From contig OZ024757.1 of NCBI GenBank assembly GCA_964016885.1, forward strand, positions 13,764,001 to 13,828,000: DNA of 64,000 nt, given 5' to 3'. Each line of letters begins with the position of its first letter. Position 1 is the stretch's first letter. The position numbers and the translations under genes are program-made. This document shows positions 53,999 through 64,000 of the stretch, one piece after another. The notes beneath the pieces were generated by a model, which saw only the letters and a list, made by a program, of their open reading frames with translations, did no database searches and was not told where the DNA came from. This DNA comes from Eledone cirrhosa. Its lineage: Eukaryota.

Positions 53999-54352
53999 TA
54001 TATATATATATATATACACACACTCACACATATATATCTACACACATACACACACGCACATATATATACATCCATGCATACCCCCACTACCATACAATAC
54101 AGGAACACTTGTGTTGGTTTGTTTATCAATCCAGGTCAAGGGGCCAAGTTGTCCCCCACCCCTGTTATATATTTACATGTTTATTTTTAAAGAAAATGTT
54201 ATCAACACACCATTGATCTTCTGAGATTGTAGGAACTGTTTGGTGATGATGATGATGATGGTGGTGGTAGTCTGGTGGTAGGGACTGTGGTGGTGGTGAT
54301 GGTGGTGGTAGTACTGTGGAAGACAGTTGTATGATAGAATCAGCAAACACAC

Positions 54353-57420
<3,068 letters not shown>

Positions 57421-57582
57421 ATTTGTTGGAGTGAATATAATCTGAGAAAGGTTATAACCTTGTATTAAATAAACAAACAAAACTATTCAACTTATCTTTG
57501 TAAACTGTTGCCGAATACTTAACAATATACTGTGTGTGTGTATGTATGTATGTGTGTGTGTGTCTATATATATATGTGTGTA

Positions 57583-57635
<53 letters not shown>

Positions 57636-57975
57636 GGAGGCACATGGCTTAGTGGTTAGAGCATTATCCTTGCAATCGAAAGGTTGTGAGTTCAATTCTC
57701 AGACCGGGTGATGTGTTGTTTCCTTGAGCAAGACACTTTATTTCATATTGCTCCAGTTTACTCAGCTGTAGAAATGAGATGATAGGGACTGGGGTCCATA
57801 TCATTCCACTGCAAAAGTGGTCGTGGAGGTGCCACGGCAAAATAGCACCCAGCACTCACTGTAAATGAGGTTGGTGTTAGGAAGGGCATCCAGCTGTAGA
57901 AATCAAGCCAGAATCAGTTCCAGTCCCACCCTTGTAAGCAGGGACAAAGCAGTCGTAAAATGAAATGATGATGAT
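57636..57975 (+). mobile_element. Full-length SINE: tRNA head, CORE-like domain, LINE-like (GAT)n tail
   Basis: GGAGGCACATGGCTTAGTGG, GAGTTCAATTC, TCCTTGAGCAAGACAC, GTTAGGAAGGGCATCCAGC. Confidence 0.82.
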
Positions 57976-58032
57976 ATATATATATATATACGTGGGAAAG
58001 TAAGAAATCGGAGAATAGACCGTTAAAACATG

Positions 58033-58074
<42 letters not shown>

Positions 58075-58261
58075 TAGTCTTAATCATAACACCGCAGTAG
58101 TATGTCATAACAAGTCTGACTGTCTTGGTCATAACATAACAGAACAGTATTAGCAACACAGCCTCATTCATAACAGCTCAATCTGAATGATAACAACTCC
58201 ACCTTAGTCATAACAGCACAGTTTTGGTCATAACCATTACATCTCAGTCTTAACAGTGCAT

Positions 58262-59777
58262 TCTTGGTCATAATCAAATGGTCTGTCATAACTACACAGT
58301 TTCGATCATAATCAAATGGTCTGTCACAGCTATACAGTCTTGGTCATAATCAAATGGTCTGTCATAACAGTGCAGTCTTGGTCATAATCAAATGGTCTGT
58401 CATAACAGTGTAGTCTTGGTCATAATCAAATGGTCTGTCATAACAGTGCAGTCTTGGTCATAATCAAATGGTCTGTCACAGCTATACAGTCTTGGTCATA
58501 ATCAAATGGTCTGTCATAACAGTGCAGTCTTGGTCATAATCAAATGGTCTGTCATAACAGTCTAGTCTTGGTCATAATCAAATGGTCTGTCATAACAGTC
58601 TAGTCTTGGTCATAATCAAATGGTCTGTCATAACAGTGCAGTCTTGGTCATAATCAAATGGTCTGTCATAACAGTCTAGTCTTAGTCATAATCAAATGGT
58701 CTGTCATAACAGTCCAGTCTTGGTCATAATCAAATGGTCTGTCATAACAGTGCAGTCTTGGTCATAATCAAATGGTCTGTCATAACAGTGCAGTCTTGGT
58801 CATAATCAAATGGTCTGTCATAACAGTGCAGTCTTGGTCATAATCAAATGGTCTGTCATAACAGTCTAGTCTTGGTCATAATCAAATGGTCTGTCATAAC
58901 AGTCTAGTCTTGGTCATAATCAAATGGTCTGTCATAACAGTGCAGTCTTGGTCATAATCAAATGGTCTGTCACAGCTATACAGTCTTGGTCATAATCAAA
59001 TGGTCTGTCATAACAGTGTAGTCTTGGTCATAATCAAATGGTCTGTCATAACAGTGCAGTCTTGGTCATAATCAAATGGTCTGTCATAACAGTGCAGTCT
59101 TGGTCATAATCAAATGGTCTGTCATAACAGTGTAGTCTTGGTCATAATCAAATGGTCTGTCATAACAGTCTAGTCTTGGTCATAATCAAATGGTCTGTCA
59201 TAACAGTCTAGTCTTGGTCATAATCAAATGGTCTGTCATAACAGTCTAGTCTTGGTCATAATCAAATGGTCTGTCATAACAGTCTAGTCTTGGTCATAAT
59301 CAAATGGTCTGTCATAACAGTCTAGTCTTGGTCATAATCAAATGGTCTGTCATAACAGTGTAGTCTTGGTCATAATCAAATGGTCTGTCATAACAGTGCA
59401 GTCTTGGTCATAATCAAATGGTCTGTCATAACAGTGCAGTCTTGGTCATAATCAAATGGTCTGTCATAACAGTGTAGTCTTGGTCATAATCAAATGGTCT
59501 GTCATAACAGTCTAGTCTTGGTCATAATCAAATGGTCTGTCATAACAGTGTAGTCTTGGTCATAATCAAATGGTCTGTCATAACAGTGCAGTCTTGGTCA
59601 TAATCAAATGGTCTGTCATAACAGTGTAGTCTTGGTCATAATCAAATGGTCTGTCATAACAGTCTAGTCTTGGTCATAATCAAATGGTCTGTCATAACAG
59701 TCTAGTCTTGGTCATAATCAAATGGTCTGTCATAACAGTGTAGTCTTGGTCATAATCAAATGGTCTGTCATAACAGC
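58262..59777. repeat. 38 bp tandem satellite, about 40 copies
   Basis: Unit GTCTTGGTCATAATCAAATGGTCTGTCATAACAGT(G/C)(C/T)A. Confidence 0.97.
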
Positions 59778-59825
59778 ATCAAGCAGTTTTCTTTCTTCCC
59801 TTTTCACATACATGGATATTCTTTG

Positions 59826-61790
59826 CTACACAGACACACAGCTACACAGACACACAGACACACAGCTACACAACTACACAGACACACAGCTACACAGACA
59901 CACAGCTACACAACTACACAGACACACAGCTACACAGACACACAGCTACACAGACACACAGCTACACAGACACACAGCTACACAGACACACAGCTACACA
60001 GCTACACAGCTACACAGACACACAGCTACACAGACACACAGCTACACAGACACACAGCTACACAGACACACAGCTACACAGACACACAGCTACACAGACA
60101 CACAGCTACACAGACACACAGCTACACAGACACACAGCTACACAGACACACAGCTACACAACTACACAGCTACACAACTACACAGCTACACAGACACACA
60201 GCTACACAGACACACAGCTACACAGACACACAGCTACACAGACACACAGCTACACAGACACACAGCTACACAGACACACAGCTACACAGACACACAGCTA
60301 CACAGACACACAGCTACACAGACACACAGACACACACAGACACACACAGCTACACACACACAGACACACACAGACACACACAGCTACACAGCTACACAGA
60401 CACACAGATACACAGCTACACAAAGCTACACAGACACACCACTAACACGCCACACTCCACACACACTCTCCACACACACACACAGACACACAGCTACACA
60501 CCACACTCCACAGCTACACACCACATTCCACAGACACACACAGCTACACACCACATTCCACAGACACACACCACATTCCACAGACACACAGCTACACACC
60601 ACATTCCACAGACACACAGCTACACACCACATTCCACAGACACACAGCTACACACCACACTCCACACAGCTACACACCACACGACACACAGCTACACACC
60701 ACACACCACAGACACACTGCTACACACCACACTCCACAGCTACACACCACACTCCACAGACACACAGCTACACACCACATTCCACAGACACACACAGCTA
60801 CACACCACATTCCACAGACACACACAGCTACACACCACATTCCACAGACACACACAGCTACACACCACATTCCACAGACACACAGCTACACACCACATTC
60901 CACAGACACACAGCTACACACCACACTCCACACAGCTACACACCACAGACACACAGCTACACACCACAGACACACAGCTACACACCACACTCCACAGACA
61001 CACACAGCTACACACCACACTCCACAGACACACAGCTACACACCACACTCCACAGACACACAGCTACACACCACACTCCACACAGCTACACACCACAGAC
61101 ACACAGCTACACACCACACTCCACAGACACACAGCTACACACCACACTCCACAGACACACTGCTACACACCACACTCCACAGACACACTGCTACACACCA
61201 CACTCCACAGCTACACACCACACTCCACAGACACACACAGCTACACACCACACTCCACAGACACACACAGCTACACACCACACTCCACAGACACACAGCT
61301 ACACACCACATTCCACAGACACACAGCTACACACCACACTCCACAGACACACACAGCTACACACCACATTCCACAGACACACAGCTACACACCACATTCC
61401 ACAGACACACAGCTACACACCACATTCCACAGACACACAGCTACACACCACACTCCACACAGCTACACACCACAGACACACAGCTACACACCACACACCA
61501 CAGACACACAGCTACACACCACACTCCACAGACACGCAGCTACACACCACACTCCACAGACACACAGCTACACACCACACCACACTCCACAGACACACAG
61601 CTACACACCACACTCCACAGACACACAGCTACACACCACATTCCACAGACACACAGCTACACACCACACAGCTACACACCACACTCCACAGACACACAGC
61701 TACACACCACACAGCTACACACCACACTCCACAGACACACAGCTACACACCACATTCCACACAGCTACACACCACACTCCACAGACACAC
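59826..61790. repeat. CA-rich satellite (16 bp ACACAGACACACAGCT, then longer units)
   Basis: Direct reading; explains ORFs 59722 and 59760. Confidence 0.95.
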
Positions 61791-61983
61791 AGGCTGGGAG
61801 GACCCTCAGTTGTGTCAAAGACATGACAACCCCACCTGTTCACTTGGTGGAACGTGAGACCATACATAAACGAGACACACACTGGCTTGTCTGGGAAATC
61901 AGTGATTCTGCTTCAGCACTGACATAGTCTATGTAGATCTGTCCAACCCTCAATTGTTCTGTGTATGAGCATAGATAAATTAT

Positions 61984-62272
61984 ATCATCATCATCATCAT
62001 TGTTTAACATCTATCTTCCATGCTAGCATGGGTTTAGATGGGAATTGTCCCACATGAGGCAAGATTGATTGTCTTGTTCGTATAGGACTGTCTGGCGGGT
62101 TTTCTACGGCTTGATGTCCTTCCTAACACCAACCACGTTTACAGTGTGGACTGGGAGGTTTTTACCGTGTTACCTACACGGCCACATTACAGCGTGGACT
62201 GTGTGTTTTTTTGTCGTGACACCTACACGACCTCATTAGTTTGAACTGGATGTTGTGGCAACAACATAACTT
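61984..62272 (-). mobile_element. Family C element
   Basis: Similar to 48180-48475. Confidence 0.82.
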
Positions 62273-62478
62273 TGCAGAGAAAGGGGTGGTATATATATAT
62301 TCTGAGGATTTGATGAGACGTAAACACTGTATTTAAGGTTGAGTGACGCAACTTCGAGCGATTAGTGACCTCTAGACTCACCTGATCAATGAAACAATTG
62401 CTAATACTTGAAATAAAGGCCCTTGTTGTACAGCCAACCATGTTACTCTTCAATCTTTCACTATTATTACTCCAAGTA

Positions 62479-62684
62479 GGGTGGTGTATTGGTAGAAGGT
62501 CGGACGCCATGCTTTGCAGCATAGAGTTACGGCCCTTTATGATCTGAGTTCAAATCCCACCGAAGTTAACTTTAACTTTCATCCTTGCGGGGTCGATAAA
62601 ATAAAGTACCAGTCACGCACTGGGGTCGATATAATCGACTTTCCCCTCCCCCCAAATTGCTGGCCTTGTGCCTATATAAGAAAC
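62479..62684 (+). mobile_element. Full-length SINE A with 20 bp TSD
   Basis: CACTATTATTACTCCAAGTA at 62459-62478 and 62685-62704. Confidence 0.92.
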
Positions 62685-62844
62685 CACTATTATTACTCCA
62701 AGTATAACCTACATAGGAATTCTTGCGAACTCACTAACTATGGAAACATCTTGTTGAGTCAAACAAAGCCGTACGTTAAAACTATCCACAATACAGAGTA
62801 CTCACAACCTCTAACTGGATTACCCATAACGATAACTTGTTATC

Positions 62845-62874
<30 letters not shown>

Positions 62875-62876
<2 letters not shown>

Positions 62877-63065
62877 CGAAGGAAATGTGGTAAGGAACCA
62901 GGTGGACCATAACGCACCAAAGTACTCAATACTTAGGGTAGTAGAGTGGGTAATAGGAACAAGTAAGACCCCGACGGCTGAGCTCAAACCGTTTCGACGA
63001 CTAATTCTGAGTACAGAATTAGCCGTCGAAACGGCTTGAGCTCAGCCGTCGGGGTCTTACTTGTT

Positions 63066-63157
<92 letters not shown>

Positions 63158-63325
63158 AAAAGGGTCAGGACCCCGACCGCTGAGCTCTGGCCGTTTGGAT
63201 CTAGCTGTTGAAACGGCCGGAGCTCAGCCATCGGGGTCTTGGCTCTTTTCCTATTACTCACTCTACTACCCTAAGTATCGAGTACTCTGGTATGTACGTT
63301 ATGGTCCACCTGTTTCTTACCACAC
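62875..63325. mobile_element. Two hairpin family H elements in opposite orientation separated by (TA)n
   Basis: 62875-63068 and 63155-63325. Confidence 0.85.
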
Positions 63326-63392
63326 TGTCTTTGATCTCTCTCTCTCTCTACCTCTCTCTCTCTCTCTACCTCTCTCTCTAGATATAGATATA

Positions 63393-63626
63393 AAAAACAC
63401 ACAGTCCACGCTGTAATGTGGCCGTGTAGGTAACACGGTAAAAAGTTCCCAGTTCCACACTGTAAATGTGGTTGGTGTTAGGAAGGGCATCCAGCCGTAG
63501 AAAACCTGCCAGATAGTCCTATACGAGTGAGATACGGTCACCCGACAAATCTTGCCTCAAGTGGGACAACTCCCGTCTAACCCATGCTAGCGTGGAAGAT
63601 GGACGTTAAACGATGATGATGATGAT
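63393..63626 (+). mobile_element. Family C element
   Basis: Ends GGACGTTAAACGATGATGATG. Confidence 0.82.
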
Positions 63627-63637
63627 ATAATCAACTT

Positions 63638-64000
63638 ATAATCCTTTAGCATTTACATTACTCTATATTTCATGGTAAAGGCTTTATCTTACATAATTAT
63701 CTCAAATAACTGTTTCTACTTTTGGCACAAGGCCACCAATTACCCAGTGCATTACTGGTACTTTATTTTATCGACCCCGTAAGGATGAAAGGCAAAGTTA
63801 ACCTCAGCGGGATTTGAACTCAGAATGGCAAGGGCCGTAACTCAATGCGACAAAGCATGGCATCCGACCCTCTACCGATACTGCCAATCCACTGCCCTTA
63901 TCTCAAATAACAGTGAATCTATGAGATTTTGATGTTATTTATTTTGAGAACAATACCTTAACATAGGTATGAGCAGCCAGGTATGGCCAGTTTGAACAGA
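63638..64000. mobile_element. piggyBac-type MITE (runs off the window) containing SINE A at 63711-63897 (-)
   Basis: Left TIR TCCTTTAGCATTTA; SINE TSD TTATCTCAAATAAC at 63697 and 63898. Confidence 0.85.

Noticed and set aside
58262-59777. CRISPR-like regular array
   Set aside because: Units are contiguous with no unique spacers, there are no cas genes, and the context is eukaryotic.
59722-61857. 711 and 688 aa His/Thr-rich ORFs
   Set aside because: CA-rich satellite that lacks stop codons by composition.
62376-62460. Minus-strand exon ending at CAG/GTGAGT
   Set aside because: Good donor, but the putative exon is interrupted by a full SINE and shows no recognisable homology.

Overview
AT-rich, microsatellite-saturated animal DNA. 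The SINE/LINE repertoire suggests an octopod cephalopod (inference). No convincing protein-coding gene is present; nearly all ORFs in the track are translations of (TA)n/(CA)n/(CAC)n repeats. Ordinary content: many tRNA-derived SINE copies (often in head-to-tail arrays), decayed LINE endonuclease and RT fragments, MITEs (TTAA/piggyBac-type, TA/Tc1-mariner-type, hAT-type) and several tandem repeats. The striking signal lies between about 2 and 40 kb. Short non-coding elements from many unrelated sequence families sit inside (TA)n tracts, often as fold-back palindromes or ~520-590 bp tandem units. Most carry a minimal type I hammerhead ribozyme (stem I-CUGANGA-stem II-GAAA-short, usually palindromic stem III-UH-stem I). 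By eye I find about 18 copies with an intact core and three stems at 12 loci, including a U3-A8 compensatory variant, plus several degenerate or half copies. The best interpretation is a (TA)n-targeting population of Penelope-like pseudo-LTR remnants or non-autonomous retrozyme-like elements. All structures were folded by eye and element ends are approximate.
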